Source: an uncultured Candidatus Peribacteria bacterium (GTDB lineage Bacteria > Patescibacteriota > Gracilibacteria > UBA1369 > JABINC01). Taken from it: a stretch of DNA of 31,747 bases. The stretch is taken from assembly GCA_964358905.1 (NCBI GenBank), contig CAYHQD010000002.1, positions 1-31,747 of the forward strand, written 5' to 3'. The number at the start of each line of letters is the position of its first letter. Within the stretch, counting starts at the first letter, position 1. The position numbers and the translations under genes are program-made. This document shows, in pieces, positions 1-8,891 of the stretch. The notes below the pieces were generated by a model. The model saw only the letters and a program-made list of their open reading frames with translations. It did no database searches and was not told where the DNA came from.

Positions 1-351
1 TTCGATGGCGCGGTTGGAAATAACTTCATTCGCATTCATATTGGACTGTGTACCGGAGCCTGTTTGCCAGATTTTGAGCGGGAAATGTTCGTACAGAGTA
101 AGATCAATTACTTCATCGGCGGCTTTTGCGATTATGTCGGCGGTTTCTCTCGGCAGTGCGCCGAGTTTTGCGTTTGTAAGTGCGGCGGATTTTTTTACCA
201 AGCCGAGCGCGCGAACAAGCGCGCGAGGCAAAATCTCTTCCCCGATTTTAAAGTTTTTCAGCGATCTTGCCGTCTGTGCTCCGTAATATTTGTCCTGCGG
301 TACTTCTATCTCTCCGAAGCTGTCGGATTCAATTCGATATGATGTTTTCAT
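1..351 (-). CDS. fumC: Class II fumarate hydratase, 5' part (runs off the window edge)
   Basis: Not in the ORF track. Manual translation from ATG at 351: [37 protein letters not shown]...[28 protein letters not shown]. The [16 protein letters not shown] motif is FumC-type, unlike the aspartase QGGAGTS version. Confidence 0.95.
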   Translation of the reverse strand, partial: MKTSYRIESDSFGEIEVPQDKYYGAQTARSLKNFKIGEEILPRALVRALGLVKKSAALTNAKLGALPRETADIIAKAADEVIDLTLYEHFPLKIWQTGSGTQSNMNANEVISNRAIE

Positions 352-412
352 TGTATTCGATTTTATTAAGTTGTTTGTGCCGATTGTAAAGAAGGTATAC
401 TTTTTCGCAATA

Positions 413-1093
413 TCAACTCTTATTTGCGCATACATTTGTTTTGCTCATGTATTCAAGGCATACCAAGTACACCTCCCGACTGCGATCACGTACGGCATCC
501 GGTTTTGCGATTTTCAATGTTTTGAAATGTTTTTTTACCTCTCGATAAAATTCATCGAAATCCGCTCCCTGGAAAATTTTCATCACCAGGTTGCCATGCG
601 GTTTTAACCATTTTTTTGCAATTTCCATCACCTGCATGCACAGTTCCACCGATTTCCACTGATCTATGTCTTTGACTCCCGAGGTGGAAGGCGCGAGGTC
701 GGAGAGGATTACATCAAATCTGTGCCCCACGCGCGTGAGCGCACCGTTCCCGTTCCCATTTTCACTTTCCGCAATTTTTTTGAAAAACGCTTTTACCGAT
801 TCTTCAACTTTCGTATCATCAGAGATATCGCATACCGCAGTTTCCACATTTGGCAGTGAAAGTTCTATCTCCTGTAAGTCCAATCCCAACGCTTGACTCT
901 TCGGCCCGATTACTTTTGACGTATACTGCAAGAAACTTCCCGGCGCCGCCCCGAGGTCGAGTACCATATCTCCCGGTCGCATAACCCGAAGCTTCTCCTG
1001 AATTTCTTGTAACTTAAATGCACTTCTCGCCTTGTATCCTTCCTCTTTCGCCTTCTTAAAATACCTATCCTGCGGGTTGTACGGTTTTGGCAT
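413..1093 (-). CDS. rlmE: 23S rRNA Um2552 2'-O-methyltransferase RlmE (FtsJ/RrmJ)
   Basis: [20 protein letters not shown] (SAM binding), [22 protein letters not shown]; K-D-K-E catalytic tetrad present. Confidence 0.93.
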   Translation of the reverse strand: MPKPYNPQDRYFKKAKEEGYKARSAFKLQEIQEKLRVMRPGDMVLDLGAAPGSFLQYTSKVIGPKSQALGLDLQEIELSLPNVETAVCDISDDTKVEESVKAFFKKIAESENGNGNGALTRVGHRFDVILSDLAPSTSGVKDIDQWKSVELCMQVMEIAKKWLKPHGNLVMKIFQGADFDEFYREVKKHFKTLKIAKPDAVRDRSREVYLVCLEYMSKTNVCANKS

Positions 1094-1266
1094 ATATGTG
1101 TATACTTTTCGTTGGATACACTAATCCAATGATGTCATGGTTGGCAAGGACTCGAAAGCAATAGTTGATTTTAAAGGCAGATCTTTTGTGAACGTTTCTT
1201 TGCTTTTTCTATTTTTTAAGCCGGGTCGTGTACATTCGTAATGTAGTAACAATGAGCGCTATTGTA

Positions 1267-1779
1267 TCATGTAGTGTGCCCATATTTACTCCAAACTGCG
1301 TTCATAAAATGTGTTTGCTCGCCCGTGATGTGTTCCATTAAGGCGTCAATCCTGAAATAGTCCGTTTCTCCAATATCCTCTTTGAGGGAAAGGATTAAGG
1401 ATTTTAACGCCTCTTCATCTTCTGTCGAGTACTCAATCATTTCATTTGGATTGCTCATGACAACGGTTTGATGTTTTTTTAGATATTTTGACGAATATCG
1501 GTCGCCAAGAATCTCACCAAGAATACGCAACGTTATTTGACCTTTCTCCGGATGACTCTTGAACTCTTCATGTGCAATGTCGCGGGCGCGTTGAGCAAGT
1601 GCAACGACCTCTGCGCTCGAAAGCATGAGCGTTCTCATATGAAAATTCTCTATCAACGCCTCCTCCTCCTGCCACTCCATTTTTTTTTCAGAAGATGTGG
1701 GCTCTATGTCCTCATACGAGGAAATACGAATGTACTGACGTAGCAAGTCATCGCCGATTGATTTGTGATTTGAAATCAT
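1267..1779 (-). CDS. Hypothetical acidic cytoplasmic protein, candidate immunity protein for the upstream toxin-like gene
   Basis: 170-aa ORF starting 15 bp after the stop of the 952-aa ORF, same strand. No signal peptide and no family I recognise. The immunity role is inferred from position. Confidence 0.6.
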   Translation of the reverse strand: MISNHKSIGDDLLRQYIRISSYEDIEPTSSEKKMEWQEEEALIENFHMRTLMLSSAEVVALAQRARDIAHEEFKSHPEKGQITLRILGEILGDRYSSKYLKKHQTVVMSNPNEMIEYSTEDEEALKSLILSLKEDIGETDYFRIDALMEHITGEQTHFMNAVWSKYGHTT

Positions 1780-1794
1780 AATATATAGGTTGTC

Positions 1795-4653
1795 TTATTG
1801 TGCAAAATTGTGTGGTGTGAATTCCGGAAGCTCAAGATCAAATTGCTTCCGAAAGGCCTCGCGTACAGCCTGTTGCCCTGTGATATCATTCGGTTTTGGT
1901 TGATAATGTCCGGACCAGTTATCCCAAAATTCCACCGATTTACCATCGTTACCGATTTTAATACGCCCAGCATAATCTACATTATCTCCTTTAGTTATGA
2001 AGGAGTGACCTTTACCGAACTTGAGTTTTCCATTCTTAAGGATAAAGTCAACCTCTTTAGGAGGGGTTAGTCGTTTGCCGTTAACAAAGTATCGTAATTT
2101 GCCATCGAATGTTTTTTGAAGATTAAAGATTTTGCCGATTTCATCGATAGGTAAAAGATTGTTGTACTTACCGACATTCGTTATAGCTTTGGTAATATCT
2201 TCAGCAGGTGCGGCGGTTTTTGATTTTGAAAAAACGTTCTTTATTAAGTTCAATATCCCTTCCGATTTCTTTACTGTGTTGACGCCTTCTACGACCTTTG
2301 CTCCTTTTAGCATCGCATTAAGTTCTCCGAGACCGACAAATAATGTCGCCACATCAAGTCCAATCATTGTTGCAAATTGTGTGGGGTTACTGGCTTTTAC
2401 CCATTCTGGATCTATAGGTCCTTGGAGATTTTCCAGATTAAACATTACTTTCAATTGTTCGTAGCCGGTCATACTTTCTTTATCAAATCCAAATGTTTGT
2501 TCGAGCGACTTTGGAGTAAGTACTCTTCCGAGTAACTTGATTCCGCTTTCTCCAAGCGAGGAAAGGTCGAGGTATGTTTTAGGATTTGTAGCCAACTCGA
2601 TTATTCCAAGAACCCACTTACCTGTGCCAATCGCTATATCTTTTTTCGTTTCTTCGGACATCATCATCAGTCCGATACTAGGGTTGGCGATTGCTACACC
2701 GGCTATGATCAACCCTTTTGCCGGCACTTTCACTTCATCGTATACCGTGCGTGCGACCTGTTCGGTGACTTCGACTTTGCTTGTGACATATTCAACGACA
2801 TCTTTGAACTTTTCCACGGCGACCTCATAGGCCTCTACAACGGGAGTGATGACTTTCTCCGTCACTTGTCGGTAGACGGTTTTTGCCACGTCTTTGGATA
2901 CTTCTACGATTTTGTCGACGATGCGCTCGGCTTTTTCATAGACGGTTTCGGCGACTTCTTTCACGACGGGCACGACTTTCTCCACGATATTGACCACGTT
3001 TTCATAAATGGTGCGCGGTACATCAACGACTTCTTTCACTTTCTCGGTGACATAATCGGTGACTTGCCTTATGACCGGTATCACTTTGTCAACCACACGA
3101 GTGGCCGTATTCCAGACCGTTTCGGCAACCTGCTTTATTTTCTGCACGGGCTTCTCGACCATGCGGTATGCGGTTTCTTTCACTTTGTCATAGACGGTTT
3201 TCACGACGGGCACGACTTTTCCAACCCATTCGGTGACGGTGTCGTAGACGGTGCGCGGTATTTTTTCCACCCATTCTTTCACGTGGCGGACTTTTTCGAA
3301 GATAGTGCGAGGTATACGTTTGATCTCGGTGTATGTTTCGTTGACAAATCTCTTTACCTTATCCGTTACCCAGTGTCCCGCTTCCACCAGTTGCTGGTAT
3401 GAACGTGATACCCATCCGTATATCGGTTCGATTATTTTTCTCTTTGTCCAACCGACGACTTTGGTTACCCATTTCGTTGTGGTGTTTTTTAACCAGTTCC
3501 ATCCTTTCTTGATCCAGCTTGTGGAGGTTTCCGCTACGGTTTGATATATCGGCACATTTTCATATCTTACGCTATCTCCCGTCTTTCCCCATACTCTTTC
3601 GGTGACGGTGCGATAAGTGTCGCCCACCCAGCGGCGTGCGTCTTCAAATTTTTCAACCAACCTTGTTTTCGTCTCCTTGACTTCGTCCCACACGGTAGAT
3701 GCTTTCTCTTCGAACCAAACTTTGCTTCGTTCGACGTTGTCGTACACCGTGCGTGCCACTTCTTTGCTTTGTTTCATTTTCTCCGTGACGTACTCGGTGA
3801 CCTTGCGAGGGACTTCGCGCACAACTTCGTAAGCTTCCTTCACCGGTTCCATGACCCACTCTGCCACATCTCGTGTGACCTTGGTCGCGTACTGATATGC
3901 CTCCTCAACTTTGGTGGTGACGTAATCGGTGACCTGACGTACCACCGGAACAACTCTATCCACGAAACGCTCCACCTTATCAAAAACCGTTTTTGCCACT
4001 TGCGAGGTTTCTTCAAACTGCTTCGTGACGTATTCGGTGACTTGTTTAGTTTTGGTGACGGCTTTGTCATATGTTTCAACTATCGGTCGTACTACATTTT
4101 CCTTTACGGTTTCGTAAACCGTTTCCGCCACCTGTCTGGTGACGTCTATCACTTTATCCACTGTTCTTTGCGCTGTTTCATATACGGTGTAAGGAACACT
4201 TTTTACCATTTCCACCGTCTTATCTATCATGTTGGTGACATTTGCATAGATGGTTCTCGGGATTTTTACAATTTCATATTCCGTAGTCGGCTTTGCAAGA
4301 GGTGCAGGAGTGCTGCTTAGCGCTTTTGATGCACCGAGAAGACCAACCGCGCTCAAAACCGTCATCCATGCGGGGAGATTACTCTTCTTCTCATCGGTGG
4401 ATGTTTGCGTATTTTTCGGATCGGGCAGGGTGCTAAGCTCTGGCTTCGCCTTTTCAGTGGACTTCAAAAATTGCACTCTCTCCACAGTACCTTTATTCAT
4501 ACTTTTCTCTTCGTATCTGCGAGTGGCCTGCATGCGGGATTGAGGCGGAGAAAAATCGGCGTACGCAATAAAGCTGATGGTGTGATACCAAACCACGACC
4601 ACCAATGCGAGAGGTAAAAGAAAATAAATCGACTTCATGTTCTTCTTAACCAT
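1795..4653 (-). CDS. Membrane-anchored repetitive-stalk protein with a polymorphic-toxin-like C-terminal domain
   Basis: N-terminal hydrophobic segment, about 540 aa of V/T/E/K-rich periodic repeats, a Gly/Ala-rich hydrophobic pre-toxin-like region, and a C-terminal domain with GH...YAG...WDNWSGHYQP. The CDS is solid; the toxin call is inference. Confidence 0.7.
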   Translation of the reverse strand: MVKKNMKSIYFLLPLALVVVVWYHTISFIAYADFSPPQSRMQATRRYEEKSMNKGTVERVQFLKSTEKAKPELSTLPDPKNTQTSTDEKKSNLPAWMTVLSAVGLLGASKALSSTPAPLAKPTTEYEIVKIPRTIYANVTNMIDKTVEMVKSVPYTVYETAQRTVDKVIDVTRQVAETVYETVKENVVRPIVETYDKAVTKTKQVTEYVTKQFEETSQVAKTVFDKVERFVDRVVPVVRQVTDYVTTKVEEAYQYATKVTRDVAEWVMEPVKEAYEVVREVPRKVTEYVTEKMKQSKEVARTVYDNVERSKVWFEEKASTVWDEVKETKTRLVEKFEDARRWVGDTYRTVTERVWGKTGDSVRYENVPIYQTVAETSTSWIKKGWNWLKNTTTKWVTKVVGWTKRKIIEPIYGWVSRSYQQLVEAGHWVTDKVKRFVNETYTEIKRIPRTIFEKVRHVKEWVEKIPRTVYDTVTEWVGKVVPVVKTVYDKVKETAYRMVEKPVQKIKQVAETVWNTATRVVDKVIPVIRQVTDYVTEKVKEVVDVPRTIYENVVNIVEKVVPVVKEVAETVYEKAERIVDKIVEVSKDVAKTVYRQVTEKVITPVVEAYEVAVEKFKDVVEYVTSKVEVTEQVARTVYDEVKVPAKGLIIAGVAIANPSIGLMMMSEETKKDIAIGTGKWVLGIIELATNPKTYLDLSSLGESGIKLLGRVLTPKSLEQTFGFDKESMTGYEQLKVMFNLENLQGPIDPEWVKASNPTQFATMIGLDVATLFVGLGELNAMLKGAKVVEGVNTVKKSEGILNLIKNVFSKSKTAAPAEDITKAITNVGKYNNLLPIDEIGKIFNLQKTFDGKLRYFVNGKRLTPPKEVDFILKNGKLKFGKGHSFITKGDNVDYAGRIKIGNDGKSVEFWDNWSGHYQPKPNDITGQQAVREAFRKQFDLELPEFTPHNFAQ

Positions 4654-4745
4654 GGGAGAGGGGGGTTAGAAGATCTTATCACCTCGAATCTACAACTTAT
4701 TTCCAGTCCTGCGCAAGGAGGAGAAGTTGCGAAGGGTAACCTTTT

Positions 4746-4790
4746 ATTATAGCGCACTACACTTCGTTTCGTGCGTGTCGTTTCGTGCGT
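4746..4790 (-). promoter_or_regulatory. Putative promoter of the toxin-like gene: -10 TATAAT with a 13-bp direct repeat over the -35 region
   Basis: TATAAT on the minus strand at 4746-4751. TCGTTTCGTGCGT occurs at 4764-4776 and 4778-4790. No canonical -35. Confidence 0.4.
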
Positions 4791-4794
4791 TGGA

Positions 4795-5553
4795 TCATTT
4801 ATCCAGCACAATGCGAAGGATACCCGGGACGAGATAGACAATAAGGAGTGCGGGAAATATGAAGAACACGAGCGGAATGGAGATTTTGACCGATGCGGTT
4901 CTGCTGATTTCCTCGGCTTTTTGTCTCCTTCTTGTCTTGATGAGATTGGATTGAATCTTGAGCGTTTGTGCAATCGAGACGCCGAGACGTTTGGCTTGTT
5001 TGATCGCGCTGACAAATTTTGAAAAATCTTCTATGCCGAGGCGAAACGCCATATTGTCCAATGCCTCTTCCTGACTGATGCCGAACGTGATTTCTTTTTT
5101 TGTGCGGGCGACCTCTTTGCCGAGTTCTCCCTTGGTTCTCTCGCTGACGTATTCAAACGCATTGATGAAATTCATGCCGGATTCGATGGCCATCGTCAGT
5201 GCATCTATGAAGTCGGATATTTGCAATTCCATCTTTTCGCGCTTGATCCTGATGATGCGTTCGAAGATGGTTTCAGGCGCCAGACAGATGATTGCGTCCA
5301 GTGCGAAATTGAGGAGCAGTCCTTTTAGAAAAAGTCCAGTGAGTAAAATATAGGTGAGAAAAAACAGGAAACTTAAATGACATAAAAATTGCTTAATTCT
5401 CATAATCTCTTCGTCCTTTAATTCTATGTGGTCGAGTATTTCGAGTTGTTTTTGCAATTTGTCGCGTTTCGTTAATTTTCTCACAAACCATCCGGGTGAA
5501 GTGAAACGCATCTTTGGTATGCGGTATAGTATTTTTGTCAGGGTTTTGCTCAT
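4795..5553 (-). CDS. tadC: Tad pilus inner-membrane platform protein TadC (T2SS F family)
   Basis: QISDFIDALTMAIESGMNF...ALDNMAFR...QAKRLGVSIAQTLKIQS...AEEISRTASVKISIPLVFFIFPALLIV; position after tadB. Confidence 0.9.
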   Translation of the reverse strand: MSKTLTKILYRIPKMRFTSPGWFVRKLTKRDKLQKQLEILDHIELKDEEIMRIKQFLCHLSFLFFLTYILLTGLFLKGLLLNFALDAIICLAPETIFERIIRIKREKMELQISDFIDALTMAIESGMNFINAFEYVSERTKGELGKEVARTKKEITFGISQEEALDNMAFRLGIEDFSKFVSAIKQAKRLGVSIAQTLKIQSNLIKTRRRQKAEEISRTASVKISIPLVFFIFPALLIVYLVPGILRIVLDK

Positions 5554-6267
5554 TTATAATTTGACGTGAGTGATATTCCAAATCAGTTTAAAACCGATGA
5601 TTTCCAATGCGATGGCGAGTACGAGGAAAAATTGGCCGATGGTCGTATTATAAAGTACGTCGACATATTCGCGGCTGATCATGGTGAACATAAAAAGAGA
5701 GATGGGAAAGAGCATGGCGACTATGACGCCCGAGACGCGTCCTTGCGCGGTGAGCACTTTTAATTCGTTTTCCAGTTTCATTCTTTCGCTTGTGATATAT
5801 GCGATGTTCTCCAGCATTTCGACCAGATTTCCTCCTATCTTGTGTTGCATCAGGATACCGTCTACAACGAGATCTATGTCGCGGTGATTTGCGTTGTTTC
5901 TCAAACGGGTGAGTACTGCATCGGTTGAAAAATTATATTCGATTTCTTTTACCGCGTTACGCAGGTATGTGCCTATTGGGTCGACCGATTCGCTTGCGAC
6001 AAATATGAATGCTTGTTCAAACGAATAGCCAGCTTTCATGGCGTTTGCTATGGCGCGTATGGTTTCGGGAATCTGTTGCGTGAGGCGGTCGTATCTTTTC
6101 ATCGCGAGGTACTTCCCCAGAACGAAGTGCGAAATAGGGAGCGCGACTCCGATGCATAGTGCAAAGATAAAACCAACTCCTTTGAGTAAGAGGATGAGGA
6201 AGATGATGAGCCCCGACACGGTCGGGGCGAATTTATGCCGACTTAGTTTTCTTAAAAAAAGAAGCAT
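5554..6267 (-). CDS. tadB: Tad pilus platform protein TadB (T2SS F family)
   Basis: QIPETIRAIANAMKAGYSF, QHKIGGNLVEMLENIA, LKVLTAQGRVSG, two C-terminal TM segments. Confidence 0.9.
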   Translation of the reverse strand: MLLFLRKLSRHKFAPTVSGLIIFLILLLKGVGFIFALCIGVALPISHFVLGKYLAMKRYDRLTQQIPETIRAIANAMKAGYSFEQAFIFVASESVDPIGTYLRNAVKEIEYNFSTDAVLTRLRNNANHRDIDLVVDGILMQHKIGGNLVEMLENIAYITSERMKLENELKVLTAQGRVSGVIVAMLFPISLFMFTMISREYVDVLYNTTIGQFFLVLAIALEIIGFKLIWNITHVKL

Positions 6268-7477
6268 TCACATCAAGGTTATAATCTTTGAATTTCGAAA
6301 CCATCTGCGGTACGTGTCCCGTAAGTTCGCATGCGTTCTTTGCCTTGGAATATAGAAATATATCATTTACCTCATACTCCGCAGTATGGAAATTCTTCTC
6401 TATCTCGCTGATATGGGTAATGCGTCTTTTACCGTCTACGTCGCGTTCTTGCTGAATGATGATATCTATACTGCTGATGATCTGATTCCTGATCGCCGGC
6501 AGTGGTAGGTCGAGATTTGCCATCAGCACCATCGTCTCCGTACGCAGGAGAGCTTCACGCGGCGCATTTGCATGGACGGTCGTGAGTGAGCCGTTGTGAC
6601 CTGTATTCATCGCCTGCAACATATCGAGTGCTTCCGCCCCACGTATTTCCCCGACGATAATTCTATCCGGGCGCATCCTGAGTGCGTTTTTTAGGAGCGA
6701 CCTGATGGGGATATCACCTTTGCCTTCGATATTTGCCGCTTTACTTTCCAGACGGATGAGGTGTGGGAGGGTAAGTCGAATTTCCGCTGCATCCTCGATG
6801 GTGATCACACGTTGGTCTTTCGGAATCAAGTTGGCGCAGGCGTTTAGTAGGCTCGTTTTGCCCGATCCCGTACCTCCGGAGATGATGATATTTTGTTTTG
6901 CCACGACGGCGTAGTAGATAAACTCCGCCATTTTTTCCGTGAGTGAACCGAATTTCAGCAGGTCATCCATCTGCAAGGATTTTTGCGGGAATTTTCTGAT
7001 GGTAAGAATCGGCCCAGTCAGACTTAAGGGAGGAATGATTGCATTCACGCGTGAACCATCCGGTAGTCTCGCATCTACGAGTGGTGACGATTCATCTATA
7101 CGTCTTCCGATCTTGCTTACGATCCTGTTGATGACTTGCAGTAGGGTGTCGTCCGATTGAAATTTCACTTCGGTTTTTTCCAACTTACCGCATCTCTCTA
7201 TAAAGATATCGTTTTTACCGTTGACCATGATCTCCGTCACATCGGGATCTCGCATCAGTCCTTCGATAGGTCCAAGCCCCGTGATTTTGTCTATGAGGTT
7301 GCCGATGATTTGTTCCTTGATCAAAGTCGGCAAAATCTCTCCGCTTTCCTCGATCAGTCGTTTCGCCTCTCGATACAGATTTTGAGGATCCAATGTATCG
7401 GTTCTCTTGATCGAGTGAAAAAGCGCTTTATGCAAACGTTCTTCGATGGCGTGAATTTTTTGCGATGAGGTGAGCAT
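6233..7477 (-). CDS. tadA: Tad pilus assembly ATPase TadA/CpaF
   Basis: GLGPIEGLMRDPDVTEIMVNG, Walker A GGTGSGKT, ITIEDAAE, ALRMRPDRIIVGEIRG, MNTGHNGSLTTVHAN. Start placed at ATG 7477, which overlaps the cpaE stop (TAATG), rather than the track's 7570. Confidence 0.95.
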   Translation of the reverse strand: MLTSSQKIHAIEERLHKALFHSIKRTDTLDPQNLYREAKRLIEESGEILPTLIKEQIIGNLIDKITGLGPIEGLMRDPDVTEIMVNGKNDIFIERCGKLEKTEVKFQSDDTLLQVINRIVSKIGRRIDESSPLVDARLPDGSRVNAIIPPLSLTGPILTIRKFPQKSLQMDDLLKFGSLTEKMAEFIYYAVVAKQNIIISGGTGSGKTSLLNACANLIPKDQRVITIEDAAEIRLTLPHLIRLESKAANIEGKGDIPIRSLLKNALRMRPDRIIVGEIRGAEALDMLQAMNTGHNGSLTTVHANAPREALLRTETMVLMANLDLPLPAIRNQIISSIDIIIQQERDVDGKRRITHISEIEKNFHTAEYEVNDIFLYSKAKNACELTGHVPQMVSKFKDYNLDVNASFFKKTKSA

Positions 7478-8202
7478 TAGGCGAGGAGTTGATCCAATAA
7501 TTCTCCTGTTTCTTTTGCTAATTTTGATTTTGTGAGTGCGTAGGGAGTGGCGAAAGCAATGGCATCCCACGCGCTTTCGTTGTCATAAGATAGCATATGA
7601 ATGAGAGGTGCACTGAAGTATGCTTGAGCCTCTTTTTTGCCGATGGAGGGAGGGCGTTGATTGATGACCACGTGTCGCCCGATTTGAGGGAATTCCTTTT
7701 CCAGCATTTCGCTAAGTTGATTCGTACGGACGATGCTTTGCGGATCGAGATTTGAAACGGTTACCACCTTATCGCTCTGTTTTACTACAGCTCGGTACTC
7801 TTGAAATTCTTTTCCCAAATCTATCACTATCGTGGTGAAGAGCTGTAAAGCGGCATTGATCAAGAGTGACAGATGTGTTTCCGTGATGCTTGCGGTCTGC
7901 TCCGGGTCCATCGGTGAAAGCAAAATCGCCATATTGTTTTTTCGATATGCGAGCGTCTGGAATGTTTGAAACAGATCTTCTTTGTGTTCCAAAAAATCAA
8001 TGACGTGCGCGAAGTTTTTCTCGGTGCTTACATCAAAAAAGGTATGCGCATCCGGATACTTCGTCAGTTGGATAAAGAGGGTAGGGTGTCGCTGTGCGGC
8101 GATACATGCCAGATTGCTCGATATCAGCGTCTGCCCCGTCCCGCCCTTCGCAGATAAGAACGTGATGACTTGTTTAAATTGTGCCGTGCGAGGTTGGTTC
8201 AT
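7477..8202 (-). CDS. cpaE: CpaE/TadZ-like MinD/ParA-family pilus localisation ATPase
   Basis: VITFLSAKGGTGQT (deviant, degenerate Walker A), IVIDLG, HVVINQ; lies between cpaB and tadA. Confidence 0.75.
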   Translation of the reverse strand: MNQPRTAQFKQVITFLSAKGGTGQTLISSNLACIAAQRHPTLFIQLTKYPDAHTFFDVSTEKNFAHVIDFLEHKEDLFQTFQTLAYRKNNMAILLSPMDPEQTASITETHLSLLINAALQLFTTIVIDLGKEFQEYRAVVKQSDKVVTVSNLDPQSIVRTNQLSEMLEKEFPQIGRHVVINQRPPSIGKKEAQAYFSAPLIHMLSYDNESAWDAIAFATPYALTKSKLAKETGELLDQLLA

Positions 8203-8204
8203 AT

Positions 8205-8891
8205 TTATTGTGTCAGTACTACGGTGATTAGCTGTTCTTTCGCTTTTGCATAGAGAATATCGCGGCTTTCATCTTCGGTTACTTTTAAGGTGAGGTAGTT
8301 GGAAGAAGTGTTTTTCCCGTCCTGGACATAATCTATCACTTCAGCCGCGCTTACGAGGAAGAGAGTATCATCTATACCTCTTTGAGGGTTGCTTATGAGA
8401 ATGCTCACGCGATCACCTTTTGTCACTTGCGGAAATTTGCTTTCGAGCCAGGATGCATCTATCGTCAATGCCACTTCATTCTCGCCGAGTTCGACTGCCA
8501 TCGAGTCATTTTGTATGAATATTTTCACATCTTCCGCGGTGATGATGGCATTCGCGGGGATGGTCTGTACGGCGAAGAGACCTATCAACTCTTCATTGGT
8601 TGAGAAGTAGCCGCTCGGCAATTGTTGGCGTGCGAATTTTCCTTGAGTCAGATGTTTTTTTTCGATCTGTGTACCCTTTGAGATTTCGTCCGTTGCAACG
8701 ATGACATGTGTGAGCGCTTTTTCTTGGTCGGCTTTCGCATTGTACAAAAGCATCCAGATCAGGGCGAATACCGCGATGACGGATCCAATGATAATCCGTT
8801 TTTTAAAACGTTTTTTTTTATATAGCTCCCAGCTCAACGTGGTCTTCGGAGATGCATTCTTTAGCTGTTTTTGAAATTCCTTGTATTCCAT
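8205..8891 (-). CDS. cpaB: Flp pilus assembly protein CpaB/RcpC (SAF domain)
   Basis: N-terminal TM, SAF-like VIVATDEISKGTQI, RcpC-like VALTID...VTKGDRVSIL. Confidence 0.85.
   Translation of the reverse strand: MEYKEFQKQLKNASPKTTLSWELYKKKRFKKRIIIGSVIAVFALIWMLLYNAKADQEKALTHVIVATDEISKGTQIEKKHLTQGKFARQQLPSGYFSTNEELIGLFAVQTIPANAIITAEDVKIFIQNDSMAVELGENEVALTIDASWLESKFPQVTKGDRVSILISNPQRGIDDTLFLVSAAEVIDYVQDGKNTSSNYLTLKVTEDESRDILYAKAKEQLITVVLTQ

Noticed and set aside
5-342. Plus-strand ORFs 5..286 and 64..342
   Set aside because: Antisense shadows of the minus-strand fumC.
1112-1129. TTGGAT-N6-ATCCAA inverted repeat upstream of rlmE
   Set aside because: Only 6-bp arms, no T-tract, expected by chance.
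2731-4263. CRISPR array or phage tape-measure gene as an explanation of the repeats
   Set aside because: The repeats are degenerate and in-frame at the protein level, with no repeat-spacer structure and no phage genes nearby.
2866-4320. Long plus-strand ORFs (178 aa, 259 aa) opposite the toxin stalk
   Set aside because: Stop-poor antisense frames produced by the repetitive V/T/E/K codons; no protein-like features.
7478-7570. N-terminal extension of TadA given by the ORF track
   Set aside because: It overlaps cpaE by more than 90 bp; the TAATG-coupled ATG at 7477 is more plausible.
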